Of a stretch of 32,559 nt of DNA, positions 10,615 through 20,236 are shown piece after piece. Position numbers and translations under genes: made by a program. The notes beneath the pieces were generated by a model. That model did not search any database, was not told the DNA's origin, and worked only from the letters and a program-made list of their open reading frames with translations. Numbering within the stretch: the stretch's first letter is position 1; every line of letters starts with the position of its first letter. Origin of the DNA: an uncultured Ruminococcus sp. (GTDB lineage Bacteria; Bacillota; Clostridia; Oscillospirales; Ruminococcaceae); the NCBI GenBank assembly GCA_900551505.1, contig URWK01000001.1:1-32559 (forward strand). Direction: 5' to 3'.

Positions 10615-12597
10615 TTAATTTTGTATTGTTTCGAGGTAGTCGTCAATTGCGTGTATAAGCGACTGTTTGGCATCTGTGATTGAAGTATCATAAAGTTGCG
10701 TTGCCGCCATTGTCTGATGACCTCCACCGCCGAGCCTTTCCATTATAAGCTGAACATTCATAGCACCCATTGAGCGGGCGGAAATGTTTATACAATTGTT
10801 TGTGCTGTAGATTACGAAAGAAGCGTCAACGTTTGTTATGTTAAGCAGTTCATCGGCTGACTGCGGAGCAACAACTCTTATATCATCGGAAGGATTATCG
10901 GTTGAAGCAATTGCACATCTGTTATAGACTTCGGCAGATGCGACAAGCTGGGCTTTTCTCTGGTAAGTTTCTATGGAGTTTGAGAAAAGTGACTTTACCG
11001 CAACCGTATCCGCACCCATTTTTCTTAAAAATGCCGCCGCTTCAAAGGTTCTTACGCCTGTTTTCATGATGAAATTCTTTGTGTCGAGCATGATTCCCGA
11101 TAAAAGAGCTTCGGCATATGCAGAAGAAAGTTTGTTCGGATTAGGAAAGTATTGAATAAGCTCCGAAACCATTTCACACGCTGAAGATGCGTAAGGTTCA
11201 TGATGAAAAATAACCGCATTGTCAATGAAATTCACGGTCTTTCTGTGATGGTCTATTACTATAACTTGTCTTGCACGTTCGTAAAGTTCACGGCTTTCGA
11301 TAAAATCCTTGTTGTGAGTGTCCACGATGATAAGCAAGGTGTCTTCACTGATATTCATAAGAGCTTCGTCAACATCCATGAAAAGTTCCTTGCCCTCTGT
11401 TTCGATAAGGCGGTTTATGAGAGGCTTTGAAAGGTTCTTCACAGGGTCAACCACTACGAAAGCAGGCTTTCCGGTCTGCTTTATAGCACCTGCAAGCCCT
11501 GCGGCACTTCCGACAGAATCGAGGTCGCCGAAATGATGCCCCATGAGAAATACCTGTTCACTGTTTGAGATAAGTTCCTGCATAGCCGTTGCAATGATAC
11601 GGGATTTAATTTTTGACTGCTTTTCGATACCCTTTGAAACACCGCCGAAGAACTGGAAGCCGTTTTCCGTTTTCACGGCAACCTGGTCGCCGCCTCTGCC
11701 AAGCGACATATCGAGAGCCTGTTTTGCGAAAACTTCACTTTCCGCAAGTGTATCTGCACCATGCCCCACGCCGATTGAAAGAGTTACACAAAGTCTTTCG
11801 CCTACAGTAATTTTCCTTGCCTCATCGAGAACCTTAAAGCGTTCCTCCATCATAGGAAGAAGATGTTGTTCCTCAACTATTGCAATAAATTTGTCATTTG
11901 AAACCTTGCGTAAAACGCCGTTGGTCTTACTCATAAATTCTTCAAGCAATTGTTCTATTGCCACAAGAACATGAGCCTTTTCGCTTTCCTTTACATTCTG
12001 CAAAAGGTCTTCAAAGTTGTCAATCATTATTATCATAAAGGAAGGGCGTGTGTTTTTGTATTCAGTTTCGAGCTGGAACAGTTCCGTAATATCTTCAAAG
12101 TAGCATATATACAGTTTAACATTGTCTTCATAGACTTTAGGCACACATTTTACTCTGTAATGTCTGCCGTTGTATTCTGTTTCTGTTTCGCCTTTCTTCA
12201 TGAAGTCACGCCATTTTATTGAAGTCACGTCCTGAATAAGGCAACCGAATATATCGTAAGTCTTGTCGATAGCTTCGGAAAAAGCGGTATTGTACCAGAC
12301 TACTTTACCGTCCTCGTCCATTATCACAACGGGAGCAGGCAGGCAGTAAAGGGCATGGCCGTCATTACGGCTTACAATATCATTGACTTCTGCGATGAAC
12401 TGGTATATATTTTTCTGTGAATTGAAGATTTGAGAAATAAAAGCTATTGTTGCAGGAATAAGCAGTATGCACAGAAATACAAAAGCGGTGTTGCTGAAAT
12501 GCAGGAGAGCAAAAGCCCCTATCCATGCAGTGAGTATAAAGAACCCCGCTGTTATTCTGAACGTAAAAAGTTTCTTGTCCTTCATTTTCGCCACCAT
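10615..12597 (-). CDS. gdpP: GdpP-like membrane DHH/DHHA1 phosphodiesterase (cyclic-di-AMP phosphodiesterase family)
   Basis: 660 aa: two N-terminal TM helices, a PAS-like segment, a degenerate GGDEF-like region (LGRGGDQVAV), DHH motif (VIDHHR) and DHHA1 GGGH motif. Synteny matches yybT(gdpP)-rplI-dnaC of Bacillus. The start could be Met1 or Met5. Confidence 0.85.
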   Translation of the reverse strand: MVAKMKDKKLFTFRITAGFFILTAWIGAFALLHFSNTAFVFLCILLIPATIAFISQIFNSQKNIYQFIAEVNDIVSRNDGHALYCLPAPVVIMDEDGKVVWYNTAFSEAIDKTYDIFGCLIQDVTSIKWRDFMKKGETETEYNGRHYRVKCVPKVYEDNVKLYICYFEDITELFQLETEYKNTRPSFMIIMIDNFEDLLQNVKESEKAHVLVAIEQLLEEFMSKTNGVLRKVSNDKFIAIVEEQHLLPMMEERFKVLDEARKITVGERLCVTLSIGVGHGADTLAESEVFAKQALDMSLGRGGDQVAVKTENGFQFFGGVSKGIEKQSKIKSRIIATAMQELISNSEQVFLMGHHFGDLDSVGSAAGLAGAIKQTGKPAFVVVDPVKNLSKPLINRLIETEGKELFMDVDEALMNISEDTLLIIVDTHNKDFIESRELYERARQVIVIDHHRKTVNFIDNAVIFHHEPYASSACEMVSELIQYFPNPNKLSSAYAEALLSGIMLDTKNFIMKTGVRTFEAAAFLRKMGADTVAVKSLFSNSIETYQRKAQLVASAEVYNRCAIASTDNPSDDIRVVAPQSADELLNITNVDASFVIYSTNNCINISARSMGAMNVQLIMERLGGGGHQTMAATQLYDTSITDAKQSLIHAIDDYLETIQN

Positions 12598-12631
12598 TAC
12601 TGAAAACTTTATTTATCTAAAAAATGTTGTG

Positions 12632-14506
12632 TCACATCTCCATTATTATAGGAAGTATCATAGGACTGCGTTTTGTTTTTGCATATATATATTCGCTGAG
12701 TACGTCACGCAATTTTGATTTAAGCGTGTTCCATTCACGGAGTTCGTAATTTGAACAGCGTTTCAGGGCAGTGGAAACAATCTGACGGGCTTCATCTATA
12801 AGTTCTTCGGATTCCCTGACATAAACGAAACCTCTTGAAATGATTTCAGGGCCTGAAATGACGTGAGTTTTTGACTTGTCGAGGGCAACCACAACAATTA
12901 TTATGCCGTCCTGTGCAAGATGCTTTCTGTCACGGAGAACGATAGAACCGACATCACCAACCCCAAGTCCGTCAACAAGTGTTCTTCCGGCAGGGACTTG
13001 GCTGACAACGCCTAAGGTTTTTCCGTCTGTTTCAATTACGTTTCCGATTTCGCCGATAACAATGTTTTCTTCCGGAATGCCCATATCTACCGCAAGATGT
13101 GCGTGTTTTTTAAGGTGCTTGTATTCGCCGTGTACCGGAATGAAGAATTTAGGTTTGGTCATTGCGAGCATAAGTTTTAATTCTTCCTGACAAGCGTGAC
13201 CGGAAACATGGACTTCATACATTTTTTCGTAAACGACTTCCGCACCGCATTTCATAAGTTCATTAACTACCTTAGTAACATACTTTTCATTGCCGGGTAT
13301 CGGGGTAGCGGATATTATAATGAAGTCATGTGCGGTAATACTTACTTTCTTGTGGTCGTTCATGGCCATTCTGGTAAGTGCCGACATAGGTTCGCCCTGA
13401 CTTCCCGTAGTGATAAGCACAATTTCTTCGTTCTTGTACTTATCAATGTCTTCGATATCAATCAGAATATCTTTCGGAAGTTTCAGATAACCGAGTTCAA
13501 TAGCTGTATTCATTACATTAACCATACTTCTTCCGAATACGGCTATTTTTCTTCCGTACTTTTCGGCACAGTTCACAATCTGCTGTATACGGTGAATGTT
13601 TGATGAGAATGTAGCTATTATAATACGTTTTCCCTCTGCCTTGATGAAAAGATTATTGAAGGATTCGCCGACTGTTCTTTCAGTCTGGGTAAATCCCGGA
13701 CGTTCGGCATTCGTGGAGTCTGCCATGAGGGCGAGTACGCCTTTTTTGCCGAGTTCGCAGAAACGGGCAAGGTTTATTATATCTCCGTTTATAGGTGTAT
13801 AGTCAATCTTGAAGTCGCCTGTATGAACGATAGTTCCGACAGGTGTTGAGATTGCAACGCCGATAGAGTCGGGGATGGAATGGTTTACCCTGATGAATTC
13901 GACTTCCATACAGCCGAATTTTACTCTTTGTCTTGGGAGAGTGGCAATGAGCTTAACTTTATTCTGCATACCGTGTTCCACAAGTTTTGATTCCACAAGT
14001 GCGAGTGTAAGTTTTGTACCGTATACGGGAACGTTTATTTTCTTGAGAAAATAGGGAAGTCCTCCGATATGGTCTTCATGACCGTGGGTAAGCACAATTC
14101 CTTTAAGTCTTTCACGGTTGCGTTCAACATATGTGAAATCCGGAATTACAATATCGACACCGAGCATTTCCGAATCCGGAAAGGCAAGACCGCAGTCTAT
14201 AATAAACATATCGTTTCCGCATTCAAAGACTGTCATGTTCTTTCCGATTTCGTTAAGTCCTCCGAGCGGGATAATTCTCAGAGGGCTGCTGATTTTTTTT
14301 GTATCTTTCCTCTGGTAACGCTGCGGTTTTGCAGGTTCATCGGAAGAAGCCGTTACAGCGGAGGGATTTTGTTTTTTATAGTTTCTTGAAGGGGCTTTAC
14401 GTTCGCCCGTGTTAGTGCGTCTTTCGCTGTATTGATGGTTTTTAGGGGATTTCGGGGCTATCTTCTCGCCGAAATCGGACTGATTTTGTAAATCATTGTT
14501 ATTCAC
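12632..14506 (-). CDS. rnj: Ribonuclease J (metallo-beta-lactamase/beta-CASP) with an N-terminal basic extension
   Basis: 624 aa with PLGGLNEIGKNM and HGHEDHIGG motifs and RNase J-length beta-CASP and C-terminal regions. GTG start with a GAGG-type SD 8 nt upstream. Confidence 0.93.
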   Translation of the reverse strand: MNNNDLQNQSDFGEKIAPKSPKNHQYSERRTNTGERKAPSRNYKKQNPSAVTASSDEPAKPQRYQRKDTKKISSPLRIIPLGGLNEIGKNMTVFECGNDMFIIDCGLAFPDSEMLGVDIVIPDFTYVERNRERLKGIVLTHGHEDHIGGLPYFLKKINVPVYGTKLTLALVESKLVEHGMQNKVKLIATLPRQRVKFGCMEVEFIRVNHSIPDSIGVAISTPVGTIVHTGDFKIDYTPINGDIINLARFCELGKKGVLALMADSTNAERPGFTQTERTVGESFNNLFIKAEGKRIIIATFSSNIHRIQQIVNCAEKYGRKIAVFGRSMVNVMNTAIELGYLKLPKDILIDIEDIDKYKNEEIVLITTGSQGEPMSALTRMAMNDHKKVSITAHDFIIISATPIPGNEKYVTKVVNELMKCGAEVVYEKMYEVHVSGHACQEELKLMLAMTKPKFFIPVHGEYKHLKKHAHLAVDMGIPEENIVIGEIGNVIETDGKTLGVVSQVPAGRTLVDGLGVGDVGSIVLRDRKHLAQDGIIIVVVALDKSKTHVISGPEIISRGFVYVRESEELIDEARQIVSTALKRCSNYELREWNTLKSKLRDVLSEYIYAKTKRSPMILPIIMEM

Positions 14507-14944
14507 TTTATAACCTCACTTTTCAATTGGATTTTCGTAAGGCTGTACATATTTCAAGGTTGTTATGATACAAAAGGCGATTTTCTGTTTTACTGTACTT
14601 TTACTTTTTAATATTCGCAAATAAAAAAATCCGTTCAAATCTATAAAATAAGAGAATAAATCGCATAGTTCACCTGAATGTGTATACCTTAGAATAGATT
14701 TATATATTAATCTGTATGGCGGACGATACTAATTCAATGCCGTACAGTTTCAATCCTGATAATAGTTCTTTGCTTAACCGATACATAATTATACATATCT
14801 CAATTATAATAAAAAACCCCCATGTTGTCAATACATTAAAATGTCAGAAGAGAGAACAGTCAAGTAATTTAGCCGTTCATCAATGTTTCAGAAAATTTTA
14901 TTTTGAGTGGGACTTTTTTAAGACAATTCGGGGTAGAAAAAACA

Positions 14945-14973
14945 TTGACTTGCTTTATAAAATATATTATAAT
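14945..14973 (+). promoter_or_regulatory. Near-consensus sigma-A promoter for the YbjN-like gene
   Basis: TTGACT (14945-14950), a 17-nt spacer, then TATAAT (14968-14973), about 40 nt upstream of ATG 15014. Confidence 0.7.
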
Positions 14974-15013
14974 AAGCACACAATAAAAATTCAGTAAAGG
15001 ACGGTATAAATTT

Positions 15014-15478
15014 ATGCAGGATAATACAGAAAGACTTGTAAGTGCGGTACAGGATTACCTCGATGAGCAGGAATACAATTACGACTTTGAAGATGACAAT
15101 CAGGTTTTCAGACTTTCGATGTCACTCAAGAGCAAGCTTAACAATTGTCGTATCATTATCAGACCGAAAGAAGACGGCATAAACTTTACATATATTCTGG
15201 CTATCTCTGCCGATGACGATTCAAAGGCAGCTATTGCAGAATTTCTTACCAGAGCCAACTACGGTCTTGTTATCGGTAATTTCCAGATGGACTATTCAGA
15301 CGGCGAAATCGGTTATAAGAACTTCATGTACACAGGCGAAGACGTTCCGATAAGTGAAGATATTGACAAGAACTTTGTAATACCGCTCATGATGCTTGAA
15401 CGTTACGGCGACGGAATCCTCAAGACACTCGTAGGCTATCCGGCAGACAAAGCAGTTGAAGAATGTGAAGCAAAGTAA
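15014..15478 (+). CDS. Small acidic cytoplasmic protein, YbjN-like (putative sensory-transduction-regulator / chaperone-like fold family)
   Basis: 154-aa ORF bracketed by its own promoter and terminator. The family call rests on my recollection of the YbjN pattern (..FRLSM..IIIRP..INF....FLTRANYGLVIGNFQMD..GEI.YK) and is not verified. Confidence 0.6.
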   Translation: MQDNTERLVSAVQDYLDEQEYNYDFEDDNQVFRLSMSLKSKLNNCRIIIRPKEDGINFTYILAISADDDSKAAIAEFLTRANYGLVIGNFQMDYSDGEIGYKNFMYTGEDVPISEDIDKNFVIPLMMLERYGDGILKTLVGYPADKAVEECEAK

Positions 15479-15492
15479 AAAATAATTTCAGT

Positions 15493-15512
15493 AAGGGAGG
15501 GCAACCTCCCTT
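15493..15512 (+). terminator. Hairpin terminator after the YbjN-like gene
   Basis: AAGGGAGG-GCAA-CCTCCCTT, an 8-bp perfect stem with a tetraloop, 14 nt after the stop. The downstream tract ATGTTATG is only moderately U-rich. Confidence 0.55.
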
Positions 15513-15572
15513 ATGTTATGATATAAGCACCTGTAATTCACAAAAAATTTACATAATAATTTTTGTACCCTA

Positions 15573-15601
15573 TTGCATTGTGCGGTTTCGTGTGATATAA
15601 T
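15573..15601 (+). promoter_or_regulatory. Strong sigma-A promoter of the S10 ribosomal-protein cluster
   Basis: TTGCAT (15573-15578), a 17-nt spacer, then extended -10 TGaTATAAT (15593-15601). An A/T-rich UP-like tract (aaaaaatttacataataattttt) precedes it. Confidence 0.7.
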
Positions 15602-15607
15602 AAACAA

Positions 15608-15934
15608 GCTTAATGCAAATGATATGCGATGAAACAAAAGGTTGCTGACGGTTTGTCAGGTAATTTTTGTGGAGTATGTCCGATTTTAAAACCGGGCGGC
15701 TGTAATAAGAAACACGGTATGTGCTTTTTTCAAAATGCTTATGGCGTTGGGATAATTCTGTCACTGTGCGTCAAAGGGCATAAAGCATAAGTGTGTCATT
15801 CTGCCAACTCGGAAATTCAATAAATGATTTTCGGGTTTTTTTAATTTCCGCAGGTGATACAGTGTTAAACGGTACAGTATTAAATGCCCTGTATTTTTCC
15901 GCAGACTGTTGATTGTTCTGCGGACAATAATATC
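15608..15934 (+). promoter_or_regulatory. Long structured 5-prime leader of rpsJ with a terminator-like element and alternative pairings
   Basis: CGGAAAT (15810-15816)/ATTTTCG (15827-15833) stem followed by GG and T7 (15836-15842). Competing perfect pairing CGGAAATT (15810-15817)/AATTTCCG (15843-15850). CCGCAG occurs twice (15848-15853, 15899-15904) against a single CTGCGG (15918-15923). Confidence 0.45.
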
Positions 15935-15951
15935 AAGGAGGCGAATTTAAC

Positions 15952-16269
15952 GTGGCAGGCAATAACGAAAAAATCAGAATCAAGATTAAGGGTTATGAAC
16001 ATGCAGTTGTTGATGCAGCAGCAGCTAAGATAGTTATGGCAGCTAAGAACAGTGGAGCAAGAGTTTCAGGTCCTATTCCGCTCCCTACAGACAAAGAGGT
16101 TATCACAATCCTCAGAGCTGTTCATAAGTACAAGGATAGCCGTGAGCAGTTTGAACAGAGAACTCACAAGAGACTTATCGACGTTCTCAGACCAACAGCA
16201 AAGACTACTGATGCTCTCCAGAACCTTGAACTTCCCGCAGGCGTTGACGTTGTAATGGAAGTTAAGTAA
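15952..16269 (+). CDS. rpsJ: 30S ribosomal protein S10 (uS10)
   Basis: 105 aa containing [14 protein letters not shown] start 10 nt after AAGGAGG (15935-15941). First gene of the conserved S10 cluster. Confidence 0.97.
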   Translation: MAGNNEKIRIKIKGYEHAVVDAAAAKIVMAAKNSGARVSGPIPLPTDKEVITILRAVHKYKDSREQFEQRTHKRLIDVLRPTAKTTDALQNLELPAGVDVVMEVK

Positions 16270-16340
16270 TTTCCGGAGCTTCGTTCGTCACGGTCAAGTC
16301 GGTAAACACCGACCAATAACTGATTAGGAGGAAACATATA

Positions 16341-16973
16341 ATGCAGAAAGGTATTATCGCAAAGAAAATCGGTATGACACAGATTTTCGATGAAACGGGT
16401 AAAGTTCTTCCCGTAACTGTTGTTGAAGCAGGCCCTTGCATAGTTGTTCAGAAGAAGACAACTGAAAAGGACGGCTATGAAGCTGTACAGCTTGGTTTCG
16501 GCGACATGAAGGCTACTAAGGTAACAAAGCCTATGAAGGGTCACTTCGACAAGGCTGAAGTAGCTTACAAAAAGACTCTCAAGGAATTCAGACTTGACGA
16601 TACATCATCCCTCAATGTAGGCGACCTTCTCAAAGCAGATACATTCGCTGTAGGAGATATGGTTGATGTAAGCGGTACAAGCAAAGGTAAGGGCTTCCAG
16701 GGTCCTATAAAGAGAAACAACCAGCACAGACTCAAGGAAACTCATGGTACAGGCCCTGTTCACAGACAGGCAGGTTCAATGGGTGCTTGTTCATCACCAT
16801 CAAGAATCTATAAGGGCAAAGTCCTTGCAGGTCATATGGGTGCAGAACAAGTTACAGTTCAGAACCTTGAAGTAGTAAAGGTTGACACAGAAAACAATCT
16901 CATCGCAATCAAGGGTGCAATCCCGGGCCCAAAGGGCGGAATCATCTGCATCGTTGACAGCGTGAAAGCTTAA
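16341..16973 (+). CDS. rplC: 50S ribosomal protein L3 (uL3)
   Basis: 210 aa with N-terminus [19 protein letters not shown]. Conserved order. Confidence 0.97.
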   Translation: MQKGIIAKKIGMTQIFDETGKVLPVTVVEAGPCIVVQKKTTEKDGYEAVQLGFGDMKATKVTKPMKGHFDKAEVAYKKTLKEFRLDDTSSLNVGDLLKADTFAVGDMVDVSGTSKGKGFQGPIKRNNQHRLKETHGTGPVHRQAGSMGACSSPSRIYKGKVLAGHMGAEQVTVQNLEVVKVDTENNLIAIKGAIPGPKGGIICIVDSVKA

Positions 16974-16990
16974 GGAAGGAGGATGCAGTA

Positions 16991-17614
16991 ATGTCTAAGG
17001 TTTCAGTTTTTGATATGACAGGCAGTCAGGTTTCCGAAATGGAAATAGCAGACTCCATCTTTGCTATAGAACCTAACACAGCGGTTATGCACGCATCTGT
17101 TGTAAACTATCTCGCAAATCAGCGTCAGGGTACACAGTCAACTCTTACAAGAACAGAAGTAAGAGGTGGCGGTAGAAAGCCATGGCGTCAGAAGGGTACA
17201 GGTCATGCAAGACAGGGTTCAATCCGTGCTCCACAGTGGACACACGGCGGTATCGCTCTCGGCCCTAAGCCAAGAAGCTACAGATACACACTTAACAAAA
17301 AGGTAAGAAGACTTGCTATGAAGTCTGCACTTTCTACAAAGGTTAAGGACAATAACCTTATCGTTCTTGACAACATCCAGATGGACGAATTCAAGACAAA
17401 GACTATTGTCAATATGCTTAAAGCCCTTAACGTTGAAGGCAAGGCTCTCATCGTAATGCCTGAAGTAAACGAAAAGGTTATCAAGAGTGCTTCAAATATC
17501 GCAGGCGTAAAGACTGCTCTTGTAAATACTCTTAATGTTTATGATATTCTCAACTATGACAAGTTCATCGTTGTTAAGAATGCCGTTGCAAAAATCGAGG
17601 AGGTGTACGCATAA
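16991..17614 (+). CDS. rplD: 50S ribosomal protein L4 (uL4)
   Basis: 207 aa with [19 protein letters not shown] motif. Confidence 0.97.
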   Translation: MSKVSVFDMTGSQVSEMEIADSIFAIEPNTAVMHASVVNYLANQRQGTQSTLTRTEVRGGGRKPWRQKGTGHARQGSIRAPQWTHGGIALGPKPRSYRYTLNKKVRRLAMKSALSTKVKDNNLIVLDNIQMDEFKTKTIVNMLKALNVEGKALIVMPEVNEKVIKSASNIAGVKTALVNTLNVYDILNYDKFIVVKNAVAKIEEVYA

Positions 17615-17910
17615 TGAAAGCACCACAGGATATTATCATCAAGCCGGTTATCACTGAAAAGAGCATGGACTCACTTCAGGAAGGCAAGTACACTTTCAAA
17701 GTTGCAAAGAACGCTAACAAGGTTGAAATCAAAAGAGCTATCGAAACTCTCTTTGACGGCGTTAAAGTTGCAAAGGTAAATACAGTTAACTGCCGTGGCA
17801 GACAGAGAAGAGTCGGTATGAATATCGGCAAGACTCCTGACTGGAAAAAGGCAATTGTTACTCTCGCAGAGGGTTCAAAGACTATCGAATTCTTTGAAAA
17901 CATGATTTAA
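17614..17910 (+). CDS. rplW: 50S ribosomal protein L23 (uL23)
   Basis: 98 aa containing [10 protein letters not shown]. The ATG overlaps the rplD stop (ATAATG). Confidence 0.96.
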   Translation: MKAPQDIIIKPVITEKSMDSLQEGKYTFKVAKNANKVEIKRAIETLFDGVKVAKVNTVNCRGRQRRVGMNIGKTPDWKKAIVTLAEGSKTIEFFENMI

Positions 17911-17989
17911 TCAGGTCTTTCAAAGACGTATGGGACTTATGCACCCGCCAAAAACGCATTTTTATTTAAAAATTAAGGAGTGAATACAC

Positions 17990-18823
17990 ATGGCAATGAA
18001 AACCTTTAAGCCGACTTCTCCTTCACGTCGTCAGATGACTTGTACGGATTATTCGGGACTTTCTAAGGTTGCTCCTGAGAAGAGTCTTCTTGAACCTCTC
18101 AAGAAAAACTCAGGTAGAAACAGCTACGGAAGAATTACTGTTCGTCACAGAGGTGGCGGTAACAGAAGAAAATATCGTGTTATAGATTTCAAGCGTGACA
18201 AGGAAAACATGAACGCTACAGTTCTTACACTCGAATACGACCCGAACCGTTCAGCACATATCGCTCTCCTCCAGTATGAAGACGGAGAAAAGAGATATAT
18301 CATCGCTCCAAACGGTCTTAACGTAGGCGACACTGTAAGAAGCGGTGCAGATGCAGACATCAAGGCAGGAAATGCACTTCCACTCGCAAACATTCCTGAC
18401 GGTACTGTAATCCACAACATTGAACTTTATCCTGGCAAGGGCGCTCAGCTCGTTCGTTCAGCAGGTAACGCTGCTCAGCTCATGGGTAAGGAAGGAAATT
18501 ATGCACTCGTTAAGCTCCCTTCAGGCGAAATGAGAAAAGTTGCTCTCAACTGCAAGGCTACTGTTGGTCAGGTTGGTAACATCGACCACAACAACGTTAA
18601 CTACGGTAAAGCCGGCAGAGTAAGACACATGGGTTGGAGACCTACTGTAAGAGGTTCTGTTATGAACCCATGCGACCACCCACACGGCGGTGGTGAAGGT
18701 AAATCACCTGTAGGACGTCCGGGACCTGTAACACCTTGGGGCAAACCTACACTCGGTTATAAGACTCGTAAGAAGCACAACCGTTCTGACAAGTACATCG
18801 TAAAGAGAAGAAACGGTAAATAA
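17990..18823 (+). CDS. rplB: 50S ribosomal protein L2 (uL2)
   Basis: 277 aa with [18 protein letters not shown] and HPHGGGEGK motifs. Confidence 0.98.
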   Translation: MAMKTFKPTSPSRRQMTCTDYSGLSKVAPEKSLLEPLKKNSGRNSYGRITVRHRGGGNRRKYRVIDFKRDKENMNATVLTLEYDPNRSAHIALLQYEDGEKRYIIAPNGLNVGDTVRSGADADIKAGNALPLANIPDGTVIHNIELYPGKGAQLVRSAGNAAQLMGKEGNYALVKLPSGEMRKVALNCKATVGQVGNIDHNNVNYGKAGRVRHMGWRPTVRGSVMNPCDHPHGGGEGKSPVGRPGPVTPWGKPTLGYKTRKKHNRSDKYIVKRRNGK

Positions 18824-18845
18824 TTCTTGAAAGGAGGAGCATTAA

Positions 18846-19127
18846 ATGAGCAGAAGCATCAAAAAAGGCCCTTACGTTCAGGAGAGGCTTTTAAAGAGAG
18901 TTGAACAGATGAACGAAGCAGGCGAAAAGAAGGTTCTCAAGACTTGGAGCCGTTCTTCAACAATTTTCCCTGATTTCGTTGGACACACATTCGCAGTTCA
19001 TGACGGCCGTAAGCACGTTCCTGTATATGTAACAGAAGATATGGTTGGTCATAAGCTCGGAGAATTTGCACCTACAAGAACTTATAAGGGTCATGCAGGT
19101 TCAAAGACATCAAACAACGGTAAGTAA
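18846..19127 (+). CDS. rpsS: 30S ribosomal protein S19 (uS19)
   Basis: 93 aa with [10 protein letters not shown] and [17 protein letters not shown]. Confidence 0.97.
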   Translation: MSRSIKKGPYVQERLLKRVEQMNEAGEKKVLKTWSRSSTIFPDFVGHTFAVHDGRKHVPVYVTEDMVGHKLGEFAPTRTYKGHAGSKTSNNGK

Positions 19128-19151
19128 TCAGGCGGAAGGAGGAATTTCCAG

Positions 19152-19487
19152 ATGGAAGCAAGAGCATATTTGAAAAATGCAAGAATTGCACCAAGAAAAG
19201 TGCAGATTGTTCTTGACTTAATCAGAGGCAAGAACGTTCAGGAAGCAAAGGCTATCCTTGATTATACTCCGAAGGCTGCCTGTGAAGATTTAAAGAAGCT
19301 TCTCAAGTCCGCTGTTGCAAACGCAGAAAACAATAACAACATGGACCCAGAAAAGCTTTATATTTCAGAATGTTTCGTTTGCCCGGGTCCTGTAATGAAG
19401 CGTGTTATGCCAAGAGCACAGGGCAGAGCTTACAGAATACTCAAGAGAACTTCTCATGTAACTCTCGTAGTTAAAGAAAAAGAATAA
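19152..19487 (+). CDS. rplV: 50S ribosomal protein L22 (uL22)
   Basis: 111 aa with [16 protein letters not shown] and [17 protein letters not shown]. Confidence 0.97.
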   Translation: MEARAYLKNARIAPRKVQIVLDLIRGKNVQEAKAILDYTPKAACEDLKKLLKSAVANAENNNNMDPEKLYISECFVCPGPVMKRVMPRAQGRAYRILKRTSHVTLVVKEKE

Positions 19488-19507
19488 TCCCAAACAGGAG
19501 GTAAACT

Positions 19508-20236
19508 ATGGGCCAGAAAGTAAATCCACACGGTCTCCGTGTCGGCGTTATTAAGGATTGGGATTCTCGTTGGTTCGCAAGCAAGAAGGATTTCGGAGAT
19601 ACTCTCGTTGAAGATTACAATATCCGTAACTTCATCAAGTCACAGAAAAATTTCAGTGATGCAGGTATTCCAAAAATCGAAATCGAACGTTTTGCAGGTA
19701 ACAGAGTAAGAATCCATATCCATTGTGCAAAGCCTGGTATCGTAATCGGTAAGGGCGGTACAGAAATCGAAGAACTCAGAAACAAGCTTATCAAGATGAT
19801 GGGCAAAGACGTTTCTATCAATATTATGGAAGTAAAACAGCCTGACATTGACGCTCAGCTCGTTGCAGAAAAGATTGCGAAAGACCTTGAAAACAGAATT
19901 TCTTTCCGTCGTGCAATGAAACAGTCAATCGGCAGAGCAATGAAACTCGGTGCAAAGGGTATCAAGACAAGAGTTTCAGGTCGTCTCGGCGGTGCAGAAA
20001 TCGCAAGAGCCGAAAGTTATCACGAAGGTACTATTCCGCTCCAGACAATCCGTGCAGACATTGACTACGGTACAGCTGAAGCACACACAACTTACGGAAG
20101 ACTTGGCGTAAAGGTATGGATATACAAGGGCGAAGTTCTCAAGGGCGAAGCTCCGAAACAGCAGGAACAGCCTGCAAAGCCAAGAAGAAACCGCAGAGAA
20201 GGAGGTAATAACCATGCTGCTTCCAAAAAGAGTTAA
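19508..20236 (+). CDS. rpsC: 30S ribosomal protein S3 (uS3) with a basic/Gln-rich C-terminal tail
   Basis: 242 aa starting [13 protein letters not shown], with a KH-domain region. The last 23 nt overlap rplP. Confidence 0.97.
   Translation: MGQKVNPHGLRVGVIKDWDSRWFASKKDFGDTLVEDYNIRNFIKSQKNFSDAGIPKIEIERFAGNRVRIHIHCAKPGIVIGKGGTEIEELRNKLIKMMGKDVSINIMEVKQPDIDAQLVAEKIAKDLENRISFRRAMKQSIGRAMKLGAKGIKTRVSGRLGGAEIARAESYHEGTIPLQTIRADIDYGTAEAHTTYGRLGVKVWIYKGEVLKGEAPKQQEQPAKPRRNRREGGNNHAASKKS

Noticed and set aside
11543-11974. 143-aa ORF, plus several 60-90-aa ORFs, antisense to the gdpP-like gene
   Set aside because: Shadow ORFs within a well-supported CDS, with no initiation signals.
14716-14997. 93-aa ORF in the AT-rich rnj/YbjN-like intergenic region
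   Set aside because: Its Ile/Asn/Lys/Tyr-rich composition is typical of translated AT-rich non-coding DNA. It has no SD and runs through the TTGACT-17-TATAAT promoter of the next gene.
15570-15764. 64-aa minus-strand ORF, and an 11-codon plus-strand mini-ORF (ATG 15613), within the rpsJ leader
   Set aside because: Neither has an SD. The minus-strand ORF overlaps the promoter. The mini-ORF has no features of a regulatory leader peptide that I can argue from sequence.
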